This document shows, one piece after another, positions 1 through 13,049 of a DNA stretch of 64,000 bases. The DNA comes from Hypanus sabinus. Taxonomy: Eukaryota. The notes beneath the pieces are model-generated. The model saw only the letters and a program-made list of their open reading frames with translations. It was not told where the DNA came from and searched no databases. The position numbers and the translations under genes were made by a program. The DNA is taken from assembly GCF_030144855.1 (NCBI RefSeq), contig NC_082711.1, positions 166,780,001 through 166,844,000 of the forward strand. The letters run 5' to 3'. Numbering within the stretch: position 1 is the stretch's first letter; each line of letters starts with the position of its first letter.

Positions 1-1119
1 TTGAAATACACACATATAGTAAATAAAGAAATCACTACCTTATTAAAATTTTAAATGACTTTTCAAAATCTATACAAGTTATCTTAGTACCCAGTAGCAT
101 CTCACCTTTCAACTTAAGTTGGTTTGTTGAAATGTCTTGGTGTAAATTTAGTTAACCTGCATTATTAGAAAGAACTGGATGAGCCATTTAGAAGGCGGGT
201 CCAATTCAAAGTACTGCACATGCTGGACATAGGCCACTCATAGCCTCAGGGTGGGGTGGCGGAGCAGCCAGAAATGGTTTTATTACATGATTTCTCACCT
301 GAATGGAGGACTACTTAATCAACAGTTTGATCACCTTATTTGAGAGAAACTGCAGAACTGGCCTAGCCTCTTACAAGTCACTAAACCTTGGGACTCTTGC
401 AAGAGCATAGACGTGGGATGCAGAAATCTTTGATTGATGATCTTACGACCCACACGTTCAAATTAGTTGATACTGTGCCTGCCAGTGAAAGGATCCTTAA
501 CTTTACTGGGTGAACATGAGAAGATGGGGGCTTTACTCCACCTTAAAATCAGATTATCACCATTTCATAACATCTCTCACTAAAGAACAAGACTAAGACA
601 CAAAAAAGTGGGTTATCAATTACAGACATCTGTTCAAACAGCTCAAGTTTGATTTGGTCTGAATTTACAAGAGGGAGAAGAGAGCCATTAGACTGCACCA
701 ATTATTTTACCATTTGTGCTCATAATAATTGTAATGAAACTAGGAAGGACCTTTTAGAAGCAGGGATCTTATTTTTTCCAAAAATAGAAACTCAGACTGA
801 GTAATTTTCCTTAATTAAAAAAATTCTTAAGCGCTGTAATAATCTAACCCTATCTTGATTGTTTCAATCTTAAGGTGCATGCCAGTTTCTGAACCTGAAA
901 ATGAAATGTAAAACAAGATGTTACCCCACCAACTTCAATTTTGGTTGATTCTATTTAGGATATTTCTCGGGCACTTGCAGACACCATCAAACATCAAGGT
1001 GATTTTAAACCCAGTTTACATGAATGTGTGTAGCTTTCCAACTATGAGAGAATGTCTGTGGTTGGAGGATTAGTTCCTTTGACTGCATACACTTAAATAC
1101 ATTTTGTACTTAAGGCACT

Positions 1120-1960
<841 letters not shown>

Positions 1961-3954
1961 TGCCGGAAGCAAGCTCAGTACATAGTGATAAGGAAACACT
2001 AACATAATTTAAGGTGAAGACTAACATCAAAAGAATAAGGCTATTATAACCTCTGCACTTTTTAAAGATTGGATCTTGATAAATTGTCATAGGTGAATTT
2101 TATTCGCTGATATTTTAAAATTAAGAATTGGGTTCTACTCTGAGGACCAATGTAAAATAAATAAAATCAGGAAATGGGCACACAGAGTAGCTGGATGAAT
2201 TTGCATACACTATTGTACAATTGTTTACAATATTGTAATTATCAAAATCAGCAAACAAAAGCTTGAAACACACACACCACCAGGCTCAAAGACAAATATC
2301 CTGCTATTATAAGACTCCTGAATAGATTTCAGGCACAACAAGAATGAACTCTTGATATTTCAATCTACCTGGTCATGGTCCTTGGCAGCTTATTTGTCCA
2401 CCTGCATCGCATTTCCTTTGTAACTGCACCACCATATTCTGCATTCTTCTACTGCTTTTCTTTTTGTAGTACCTCGGTGTATTTATGTTTGATACGTTTG
2501 TGTAGAATCAACACCTATTCTATGCCATGGACCAATACCATTAAGCAAGCGGAACCCCTGGTGTAGATGGTATAGTTTTATCACTGTGTCTCAGTACATA
2601 TGACAATGTTAAAGTAATTACCAATATGAGACTGATTTTGTGTGTACATGTCATTTTACCTTCTATTATTTCCTTGATGACTCAAGTTCATGCAAAGTCT
2701 TTGCATCTACCTCCTTATGGAAGAAGTAAACAACCAACCTGGTTTAATTCCTACCTATCATTCTTCTGAATTTCTTAAGATGTTTGTGGATGGTAAATAC
2801 TCTTCTTATGGATGGCTGGGTATAATCCTAGGTTGCATTAAACTTGGGCACTGTCATGCATTAAAGATTTTTATCTGCGATATCAGATACATCTTGCAAA
2901 TATCTGCAGATACCCAGGAATAGTAAATACTATTCCAGTAATCAGGGCTGCTCTGTTACAATTTCTAATATCAGAGTGCCATCTACTGGAAGTTGTGGAC
3001 ACAATGCATTTGGCTGAATTGCAATATTCCCTTCTTGTAAGAGTGGTGCTGCTCCTATCATTAGTGTAAGCACAATTTGGGTGAGGAACCTTTGCTCTAA
3101 AATGGATGAACTCTTCAGGGATTGGGAGGGGGGCTGTCAATGGTTCCATTTAATATCAGAGAATACACAACCTGAAATTCTTACTCTCCGCAGACATCCT
3201 CCAAACAGAAGAAAACCCTCAAAAAATACATGGCAGAAAAAACATAAGAACCCCAAAGTCCCCTGCAGTGCAAACAACAGTGAACAAAAATCTTGCTAAA
3301 ACAGTCTTAAACTTCATATGTACATACCTTGTCATCATCCTTTTGTGTAGAACCCTGTACAGAGCCTGAGGCAAGTAAGTTATCACTAGAATAATATATC
3401 TGGACTGTCAAGACTTTGTTTTAAGATTTCATTTGCTTGGCAAAGTTTAAGTAGTTTAGCTTTATAGAATGTGACATGAAATGTGTCAAATATGTATAAA
3501 TGAACGTACAAATTAGAAGCAAATGTTGACTCTTCAGTCCTACAGGTATACTATGCTTTTCAAGAAGATTAGCATACCTGATAACCTGAACCCCGTGTTC
3601 CTGTCTACCCCTGCCATAAAAAGACTCAAAGGCTTTGCTTCCAAAATCCTTTGAATTAGACTCATGGCCCTCCAAGAGAGAAAAAAAATCACACTCTCTA
3701 TCCTAAACAAAGGTGAGTTTGACCACTCCCCCTCTCCAGTTCTATAATCTCCCAGAAGATGAAAAGTCTTTTCCACATCCACCCTATCAAAACCCCTCAG
3801 TATCTCATTGGTTGTCCAACATCGTCAAAGTTGGCTGAGCTCTGTTGTGGTCAAGATTATGCCGAATAGCTGCAAAATGTTGCCATAGGTCAGGGGAATG
3901 TGAAAGCTGTGGGAAGATAGTAGACTGGAGAAACTCAGCTTATTTCCTCTGAAC

Positions 3955-4015
3955 CAGGATTCCCAAACTGTTTTCATATTATCCCTACCATTAACTGAGG
4001 GGTTGGGGACCCCTG
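3955..4015. mobile_element. Short hAT MITE, degenerate
   Basis: Ends CAGGATTCCCAA...TTGGGGACCCCTG; near-TSD ctctgaac/ttctgaac; same family as 32103 and 57815. Confidence 0.55.
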
Positions 4016-4189
4016 CTTCTGAACAGAGAAAGGGGATTTACCAGAGCTGCTTGAACTTGAGAAAGGTCTAGATGGAATATGCAGCTGTAGAAAGGAAAGT
4101 CAGATATCACAGATGTAATATGATTGGCAAGTGAATCAGGGATAACACAATAAATGCTTTTTTAATACAACATGTGCTGAGGATTTCTG

Positions 4190-5215
4190 GTCAAGATGGT
4201 GCCTGTGTACAATGCTCCTTCAGTCGACATCTTCTGGGTAGATCACGAAACCATATATATCACTTCCTTTATGACTCTTACGTTTGTTTTTAATCTTGGA
4301 TGTGATTCTGGAACTGTTGGAGCCTCTGATTTGCTGTTTGAAGATTGTTTGGGTGTTTCAGCACTCTGCAGTCTCCAAGAGAATTCTGGGAGGCAGGGGC
4401 AGCGTGCGCCAACTTCAAGGCGGGCAGGCAACAGGATAGCTGCAGGACGCAGCCAATCTTCAACAAAGTAATCAACCATTTCACTGATTAAAGCTTCCAT
4501 TGTTCGCTGATTAACCGGTGAGGGAGATTGAAATGTCGAGGCGAATGCAGAAGTTTGGAGATCGTTTGGGTGTTGCAGTGCTCTGCAGTCTCTGACAGGA
4601 CTCCGGGAGACAGAGGCAGTGTGCCGGAAAGTCATGGTGGGCAGGCTGTGGGATGGGGTGTGAGCCGATGTTTGACAATCCATTTCGTCAATTAAAGCTT
4701 CCATTGTGTGCCAATTAAAGCGATGTGGGAGATTGAAACATTGAGATGAATGTGGAAGGTCAGCGAAGGCTACCTGCCTTTTGATCACCGAGGATCACTC
4801 TGCTACGCTAGCCGCGAGGGGACAGCCTGTTGTTGTGCCCAGAGAATGTTGCCCAGGTTTTCTGCATTTTGGATGTGGACTGGGACTGTAGAGTTTTTTT
4901 TGGGGGGGTCTTAATAGTTCTTTGTATTTTGTGGTTTTTCTCTCCCAATCTTTCTCTCTTTTTTGTGCAGGGGTGATGGTGGTGGGGATTTGGGGGTTGA
5001 TGTTCCTGTTCTGTTTTTGTTCATTTTTTTGTGCAGGAAGGTGGGTGGAATTTGGGGGTTGATGTGCCTGTTCTGATTTTGTTTAATTTTTTTGTGTGGG
5101 AGGGGGCTATTTTGGGGGTTGATGATCGTGCTGCCTTTCTTTTGGTTTCATGGCTTACCCAGAGAAGAAGAATTTCAGAGTTGTATACTTTGACAATAAA
5201 TGAACCTTTGAACCC
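4190..5215 (+). mobile_element. Non-autonomous retroelement with internal ~210-bp tandem duplication, GT-rich segment and (TTGAAC)n-like tail
   Basis: Starts caagatggtgcc. Two diverged units begin at 4337 and 4554, each with attaaagcttccattg. 3' tail tactttgacaataaatgaacctttgaacc. Confidence 0.55.
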
Positions 5216-5754
5216 TTACTCAAGTGTTGGAAAGAATCAACATTAATATTCAGATGGGATTGGATAAATAATTGATAGTAAAAAAAAACAAATTTTTTCA
5301 GGAACATGAGTAAAAGAAAATAACAGAACAAGAGTTAAACTTTATTTCAAAAGATTGGGACAGGTGTGGTGGACTCAATAGGTTCCTTCTGCACTATGCC
5401 ATTCTACAGAAGTACTAGAGGCATGGAAAGCCATATTGGTGGCTGTTTCTATTTGTCAGTCACTAAGAGGAAGTATTTCTATGTCAGAGAAATAGCAGCA
5501 AAATCTAAGTCATAGGCCAAAACTGGAAGCAACCAGTTGGTATCCAAGAGAAAGTGGCTCTTTATTGACATTGATGATGTGATGTAAGCTGGGTCCTCTT
5601 TGACAACCTATCCCATGATTTTTGTGTTGGATTATCCACTTTTTTAAACTGGTTTACTTTTCTATTACCAAACATTTCCATATTTGCTATCTCCAATTTC
5701 CTTGCTTTTGGTTAAGCCAACCACTTCCTATTTATGCCCACACGCTTTTTCTTT

Positions 5755-5890
5755 AAACACAAGAGATCTGCAGATGCTGGAAATCCAAAGCAACAAGCAC
5801 AAAATGCTGGAGGAACTCAGCTGGTGAGGCTGCATCTATGGAGAGGAATGAACAGCTGACATCTTGAGCCAAGCCTCTTCATTGGGACTG
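5755..5890 (-). mobile_element. Penelope-like element 3' terminus (pLTR) fragment
   Basis: cagatgctggaaatcc...cacaaaatgctggaggaactcagc motif, also found at the end of the Penelope RT/GIY-YIG copy at 32550. Confidence 0.6.
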
Positions 5891-6194
5891 CCTTTTCTTT
5901 ATCTTTTTAATTTTGTTGGTAATTCTTTCTAACAGATGCCTGAGATAATTTGTTACATCATCCAAATGATCATTCCAAAGCTGCTGCCAGTACTTTGTTG
6001 ATATTTTCTTTGAAATACTGTATGTATCTCTCACACATCCGCCCCTCCCCCCTTTCTTTGACGACTCTTATGAAGTGTCATTTTGTCTGCTCTTAGCCGA
6101 GGTTCTGGTTTTGTTACAGGTGTCTGTAGCTTCCTGTTTCAAAGACAGTTGTAATTCCGGTTTGGTACTCTAATGGTTTCTATAACATAGTATT

Positions 6195-6380
6195 TGATTA
6201 TGAAACTTGGATACACTAGGGTCTTTTAAGAGCCTCTTAGATAGGTACATGGAGCTTAGAAAAATAGAGGGTTATGCGCTAGGGAAATTCTGGGCAGTTT
6301 CTGGAGTAGGTTACATGGTCGGTACAACATTGTGGACCAAAGGGCCTGTAATGTGCTGTAGATTTCTATGTTCTATATTT
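6195..6380 (+). mobile_element. CR1 LINE 3' end
   Basis: Encodes DTLGSFKSLLDRYMELRKIEGY; 3' UTR ends in a (ttctatg)n tail. Confidence 0.8.
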
Positions 6381-6399
6381 TTGGAAATTTGACACAACA

Positions 6400-6938
6400 A
6401 TTCAGAAATTTTCACTCATGTGTTTAGGGCATATTCTAGAGTTGGTGTATATAGCAAATATTAATTTCAACAGCAACTAATTTTCAAATGGATTGTAGAT
6501 TGAATTTAAAATTCAGCTTTGAACAATAGTTTTCCTGGAGCTGCAGATCGGAATTGATTTGCAAACCTGGAAACACACATTCACTTGAGGTTGGCATATG
6601 CATGAATCTGGAGAAGGCGGGGGGGGGGGGGGAGAGAAGAAGAAGAAGCAAGAGGGAGTGAGAGAGAGAGAGAAAACCATGTCTGAACCATGAGTGAAAA
6701 AGGTGTTTAAAACTTATATGTAATTCAAAGGAAGCATTGTAAATACATTGTAACTATAGAATTGTCTTGCTGTTACCTTTGATCTTTAGCATATAAAAAT
6801 GTCATGTAATTTTGGGTCAGGCATACCTCTTCAAAGAGTGTCTCGATTATGGTGCCTGTTGCTTGTTTTTGCTGAATAAACACTTCTATATCCACCATCT
6901 TGTGTGTCTCGCTGATGACTTTGTTCACAGTTGCAACA
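6400..6938 (+). mobile_element. Probable solo LTR (left boundary uncertain)
   Basis: GA-rich U3-like region, TATA-like catataaaa (~6791), AATAAA (~6875), ends ...tgttcacagttgcaaCA at 6938. No TSD found. Confidence 0.4.
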
Positions 6939-7204
6939 AGTGGTTAAAAATATGACAAAGTCTGTAAACTTTTGACTGGAACAGAATATCCCAGTTTGAA
7001 GTTTAGGTCCTAACCCATTACAGCTCTGGTCTGGATCTTCCACAAACAGGGTGAGAATGTGGGCAAATGTGAGATGGAGCTGTGGGCTGTTAAGATGGGC
7101 AGACAAATGACTGAAGTGCTTTGGCAGTTGGCTGCTGGAACCAGAACAAGGTGTGTGGTTCAAGCTTGTGTTGGAAAAATGAGGCCAGTGCCTGGGACAG
7201 GGAA

Positions 7205-7440
7205 GTAACCATGGACCATCAGACCAATGAACATAATTAGGCCATTTGGCCCATTGAGTCTGGATCACCATTTGATCATCGCTGTTTCATTATCCCTCTC
7301 AAACCCATTTTCCTGCCTTCTTCCTTGTGATCTTTGACACACTTACTAATCAAAAGATTAACAACCCTTCACTTAAATGTACCCAATGACTCAGCCTCTA
7401 CAGCCATAGTTGGCAATGAATTCCACAGATTCTCCACCCA
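7205..7440 (-). mobile_element. CR1 LINE 3' end
   Basis: Minus strand encodes NLWNSLPTMAVEAESLGTFK, typical CR1 ORF2 C-terminus. Confidence 0.75.
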
Positions 7441-7589
7441 GGAATGTGGATAGTTGTACAGCTTGGGGCAGTACAAGGGCAGGGAACATGGGCAATTGTG
7501 CAAGGGAAGCCCTGAGGCAAAAACTGCTGAACAGCTTGTGCACAGCAGGATGGGTGAGGAGTTAAAGGGCTCCTGTGCCAACCACACGT

Positions 7590-8640
7590 CTTGACAGCTG
7601 ACAGTGATGCAGGTGGATGTTTCCCTGGTGTCATGGATTATTGATTACCTGACTGGCAGACCACAGTACGTGCGCTTGCAACACTGTGTGTCAGACAGAG
7701 CGGTCAGCAGCACTGGTCTCCACAGGGGACTGTCCTGTCTCCCTTTCTATTCACCATCTACACCTCGGACTTGCCATCTTCAGTTTTATGATGACTCTGC
7801 CATAGTTGGATGTATCAGCAAGGGAGATGAGGCTGAGTACAGGGCTACGGTGGGAAACTTTGTCACATGTTGTGAGCAGAATCATCTGCAGCTTAATGTG
7901 AAAAAGACTAAGGAGCTGGTGGTGGACCTGAAGAGGGCCAAGGCACCGGTGACTCCTGTTTCCATCCAAAGGGTCAGTGTGGACATGGTGGAGGATTACA
8001 AGTACCTGGGGATACGAATTGACAATAAACTGGACTGGTCAAAGAACACTGAGGCTGTCTACAAGAAGGGTCAGAGCCATCTCTATTTCCTGAGGAGACT
8101 GAGATCCTTTAACATCTGCTGGATGATGCTGAGGATGTTCTATGAAGTTGTGGTGGCCAGTGCTATCATGTTTGCTGCTGTGTGCTGGGGCAGCAGGCTG
8201 AGGGTAGCAGACACCAACAGAATCAACAAACTCATTCGTAAGGCCAGTGATGTTGTGGGGGTGGAACTGGACTCTCTGATGGTGGTGTCTGAAAAGAGGA
8301 CGCTGTCCAAGTTGTATGCCATTTTGGACAATGACTCCCATCCACTCCATAATGTACTAGTTAGGCACAGGAGTACATTCAGCCAGAGACTCATTCCACC
8401 GAGATGTAACACTGAGTGTCATAGGAAGTGATTCTTGCCTGTGGCCATCAAATTTTACAACTCCTCCATCGGAGTGTCAGACACCCTGAGCCAATAGGCT
8501 GGTCCTGGACTTACTTCCAGGAATGATTAACTTATTATTATTTAATTATTTATGGTTTTATATTGCTATATTTCTTCACTATTCTTGGTTGGCGTGGCTG
8601 TAGCGAAACCCTGTTTCCCTCGGCATCAATCTGTCTGTAT
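7590..8640 (+). mobile_element. Rex/Babar LINE, 5'-truncated (RT plus C-terminal region)
   Basis: ORF 7604-8431: WIIDYLTGRPQYVRL, FYDDSAIVGCI, LQLNVKKTKELVVD, YKYLGIRIDNKLDW, LYFLRRLRSFN. Part of the RT core is frameshifted or deleted. Confidence 0.9.
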
Positions 8641-9049
8641 GTATGAAAATGATGCCCTTGTATTTATTTTCCCTCAATATTACCACAGATGTAAAAAAGG
8701 TCCCTGCCAATTTAGAAAGATAGCCAGCCAGCCAGCCTTTGGCATTCAGAAAGTTGAATGTTTCTGGTCACCACCGGAGTAATACTGAACCAAAACTGAT
8801 ATCATGTTATATTGGGCAAATGACAAGATGGTACCAACTTATAGACAGAAAAAAAGGCAGAGGCAGAGACAATTAACTCGACAGCCTTGGCTGGTGTTAA
8901 TGAAGGAATTTAAAGGGTTGTTGGTATTTACAGACAGGAGTGAGATCAGGGGTGCATTTGAAGACTAAGGTTTCAAATTTATCATCAAGGCAATGTTTAT
9001 CTCACAGTGAATGAAAGGCCACCAACATGGTAAAGAGTGGCATTGTAGA

Positions 9050-9295
9050 GTAGGGGTTAGCATGATGTTTTACAGAAAGATGACAGGAATTAAATTTCCA
9101 ACGCTGGCTGGAGTTTGTACGTTTTCCCCATGATCATGTGGGTGCTCTGGTTTCCTCCCACAGTCCAACCAACCGGTTGGTTGGTTGTAAATTGACCCGT
9201 GATTAGGCCAGGGTTAAGTTGGTGGGTTGCTGTGCAGTGCAGCCTGAAGGGCCGGAAAAGCCTATTCCATGCCGTATCTCAATGAATAAACAAAC
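9050..9295 (+). mobile_element. V-SINE (HE1-like)
   Basis: V-domain ggagtttgtacgttttcccc...ggtttcctcccaca; tail tatctcaatgaataaacaaac. Confidence 0.7.
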
Positions 9296-9528
9296 ACGGT
9301 GTAATGAGATTTGGTACAAGTATAGTAGGAGGTTTAGACCATAAGCTTAGAGAAAGTAAAACATTATTGGAAACCACTTACAAGAGTATATTATATATTC
9401 GAATATATACTTCTATAGTAACAAATAGTTTCAATAGCAGATTACCTTAACTACGGTTGGAACGAGTGGAATGTGAGTGTTGGGGGAAAGGGGAATTGAT
9501 ATCCCTATTCAATGGTTATTTATCCTAC

Positions 9529-9703
9529 CCATTACTGTTTCGGCTGAGGTTAATGGCGTACTTGAAGAGTTTCTCCTTGTTTTGCGGGAATTCTTTTTCT
9601 CTTTCACTCCCTTTTTCTTGATTTTCTTCTTTACCGCCGAATCACCGGTGAACTTCGTGGCCGACTTTGCCTTGTGCCCACTGTCCGGGGTATTGCCTTC
9701 CAT
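9529..9703 (-). CDS. LIAT1: LIAT1 coding exon 1 (Lys-rich region)
   Basis: ATG at 9703 in good Kozak context (GTGATGG). Encodes the basic tract VKKKIKKKGVKEKKNSRKTRR. Donor ATGG|GTAGGA at 9528, phase 1. Confidence 0.8.
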
Positions 9704-10375
9704 CACCAGCTCGCAGCCTTTCTTTAAGTCTAACAGTAATTGACTACCAACTTTCGTTAAAACTTTCTTTTTCCGGGATTTCGATCTTCCGACTTCTATA
9801 TTTCATGCAATATAATCTAGTTTGCTCTGTTCTTAAATGCAGAGCAATGGAATCGATGACAGGCTGTTCATTACTATTTCATTTGCGGTTTAGTTAATAA
9901 TTTTATCTTCCTCTGTGGTAAAAACATCCTCTCTCCCTCCATCCCAATGCACAAACTGCACCTCCACTCCAGTGACGCGTTACCATGGCGACACCTCTCT
10001 ACCCCTTCCCAACCGCAAAGCACCTGCGCAGAAAAAAGTGCAAAAGTTAAAGATCAAATAACGATTAAAGCACCATATAAGAGTGAACGTATGATACTTA
10101 TCACTTATTTCCAATCACGCCTATAGTTTATTTATTTATTTTTAAACATTTTACTTTTAAAAAAAATTCACAGGTCAAGAATCACTCCGCGACAGCACAG
10201 AGGCTTGAGCAACAGCTCCTTTACCGTGTTGAGAGGTTGCCCGTTACGGATTTTATTCTTGTTATCCTGAGGGCCGGGAAGGCAGTAAAAGACAGTTGAC
10301 GCAGGATGTCTGATATTCCTATGCATACATAAAAAACGGGTGGCTCTCTTAGTGGTGGACTTGGACGCGGAACGG
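9704..10375. promoter_or_regulatory. Bidirectional CpG-rich promoter region between LIAT1 (-) and EXO5 (+)
   Basis: Divergent start codons 672 bp apart; CpG-rich relative to the flanks. Confidence 0.75.
9979..9992. promoter_or_regulatory. RFX X-box
   Basis: GTTACCATGGCGAC, one mismatch from the palindromic consensus GTTRCCATGGYAAC; overlapped upstream by TGACGCGT. Confidence 0.55.
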
Positions 10376-10478
10376 ATGGAGCCGGAAGCCGGCGGACGGA
10401 ACATTGATGGGGATGGACCGGCGGTGCTGCCGGAGATGAGCGACGAGGAGTTGTTGGCGGCAGAGCTCGAGTTCAGCG
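10376..10478 (+). CDS. EXO5: EXO5 coding exon 1
   Basis: MEPEAGG...EMSDEELLAAELEFS, an acidic N-terminus reminiscent of vertebrate EXO5. Donor AGCG|GTGAGC (alternative CCCG|GTAAAT at 10488); both phase 1. Confidence 0.7.
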
Positions 10479-13049
10479 GTGAGCCCGGTAAATCGCACTT
10501 TACCCGGTGATGCTCTCTCCGCCAAGCCGCTTGCTTTCCTCTCAAAATGTGGGATGTCTCTGAAGATATTCCAAGGCGGAGGTTTCTAGTCAGTTATTGG
10601 GAGGACGAAAAGGAGAGTGCTGCCCATCGGAATACATAATGCAAGCGCAGTTTTACAAAAAACCCTATGTAATTGAAGTCGGATATCTTCATTCTAGCGC
10701 TTAAATCATTTTACAGCCTAGGTCAGCGTGCTGTTTTCCTTTCTAATTGCACACTATACTTTGATTCATGTACACAGATACAAAGTATATTTATTATGTA
10801 AGTTTGTATATAGAGTACACCTCTGAGATTCGTCCTCCCGTAGGCAGCCACGAAACAAAACACCGTCCTAGAAAGCATCAAACACAAACGTGCGAAAAAA
10901 GAACGAGTATCGAAGTCTCTTTAAATACCAACAGCCATTTAAAACAAGTAACACTTCTATCAAAGGGAACAGTAGGAATGATAGCTGTAACATGGTAAGG
11001 CAAATGCTTTCTTGCTGGAGGTGTAGGGAACTGGTTGTATAGCATCTGTGGAGGGGAAAATAGCGTTAATGTAACAAGATGGTGTACTGTTATGAGAAAA
11101 GGCCAGGTTTGATACAAAGTGGAAAGACTGGTTAATTGAAACTGCTGGGTGCTGAAGTCTGTAAAGTGGGATTTGCCAGATATTAACTACATTCGGTTTA
11201 AAAAAGATACAGCAGTTACTACAATGTCCTCTCAGGGAAAGGAATTCAAAGGTTCCCTACCCTCTGTGGGAATTCTTCCTTCAATTAGTCTTGAGTAGCT
11301 AATGTTTTCATTCAGTTCTCCAGCTCACCCCATCCACAACCAACCTCTGCCCATTTACACTGATCCTGTTTGTCAATTTAGTTTGCATCTACTCTCATTT
11401 TTTGTCAGAAACTCCTCTCTCTATCATCCACACAACCCTCCTTGCTACCATTACACAGGGTACTATCAATTGAATTGAATTAAACTTAGGAATATCTGGA
11501 GCCTTCCAATGCAAAAATGACCTGTTTAATCTGTAGTGTTGTTCAGTGAGCCTGAAGGTTAGGGCGCACTTCCAGGATTAGCGAACAACCCTACAGACAA
11601 GCAGCCAACCCAATCTCTTTATTTTCAAATGACCTGTTTATCACTAACCTGTTTATCAGTATTGTTTTCTGTCTATTAACCAATCCTCAATTTGTAAAAT
11701 GATGTTAAGCACAGTCTGATTATACTCTTAATTTTGTGTAATAAACTTGTGTGTGACAACCTGTTGAATGCTACATACAGGTTAAAAAGGTTTTCCTTTT
11801 CATAAATCCTCTTCCCAATTCCATTATTACACATTTTTGGACTTCTCTATCCAAGGGAGTTCTGGAAAGTCATTGAACATAGCCAGGGTGGAAACTGACA
11901 GATTTTTACAGTACAAGGTAGACAAGCAGTGTTGGTCAAGAACAGAAAAGAGGTGCTGCAGCCAAAATTGTATCATGCATAATAAGAATGACAGAGCAGG
12001 TTAGAAGGGCTGATTGACCTGCTCCTGTTGTTGTTTTTCATATTCTTGTTAGCAACATTTTGTCCCCAGGAGCATTGTCAATTTGCTGAGCAGTGCTTCC
12101 AGTTCTGCGGTCATTACTAACCTTTATTGGTTAAAAAATATAAAAGCTGCATTTGAAGTAATATATTTTTGCTTGTGGTTGGTTCTGGCACTTTGCACTG
12201 TATCTCATCATTATTTTTTTTCTTAGAAATTAGGTTCTCTGCCTTTTCTAATTATGCAACAAAAAATCTGTGAAAATCAGTAGTTCATGATTTGATCATT
12301 TACTGAAATCAGATCTTGCTCTAGATATCTTCTCCAATGTTTGTCAAAACCTGTGATGTACTAAATTTTATTGAATCTGCAAATGATTTTTTTTTTTACC
12401 AGTTTCTCTATTCTAAATGTTTTCATTGGCTTTAATGCATGATGTTATAACAGGCATCTGTTATTCAGTATATTTCCTTTATTGAAACCTTCATGCAAAA
12501 TCTGGGCAGGTTGTAAGAGGATATTATAACCCAAGATAATCATGTCCCAAGCAATAATCATTTGTATGTACTTTCACTCTATTGATTTCTTATCCATTTT
12601 CTAATGCAAGGTGTGTAGCACTGTTACAGTTGAGACCAGCAAAACATCTACCATGGTCCATGTATTCCTCCATAACTGAGTATTCTGTAAATTGCTGTAC
12701 CTTGAGGTGGCTAGACTGCCCAGAGTTGGGATTGGGCTGTATCATGCAAGGAAAGAAAATGATATAATTAACTTTTATTCATATAGCACATTGAGGTCAT
12801 AAACATGTTTGCCCCAATGAAGCCCTACAATTCTGAAATGTCAATGCAGGGAAGTCGGGAAATGCTGCAGCCAGCGTACTTTGTATTTCGTTACAACAGA
12901 GAAAAAAGCCATTCTGTCCATCAAGCTATCAACCCTGCTTTCCTGCTAATTTTCCCTGTATTTAGTTCTCTCATTCTGATCAGTTTTACTACTCACTTAC
13001 TGTAGGGGCAGTTTACAGTGGCCATTTAGTCCGGAAATCAGCTTTGAAT

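Noticed and set aside
170-660. Gypsy-like peptide snippets (VLHMLDIGHS; ETAELA.PLT; KWVINYRHL)
   Set aside because: Very short, in the wrong domain order and in different frames; consistent with chance.
4243-4788. 181-aa ORF as a host gene
   Set aside because: It lies inside a tandemly duplicated repeat element, and its internal peptide repeat mirrors the DNA duplication.
10506-10512. Phase-2 donor CG|GTGATG joining exon 1 directly to exon 3
   Set aside because: Poor donor consensus; stronger phase-1 donors plus the 94-nt exon explain the frame. Not fully excluded.
11560-11610. Vault-RNA-like motif on the minus strand (TGTCT..GGGTTGTTCG)
   Set aside because: No proper B box, A box or terminal stem.
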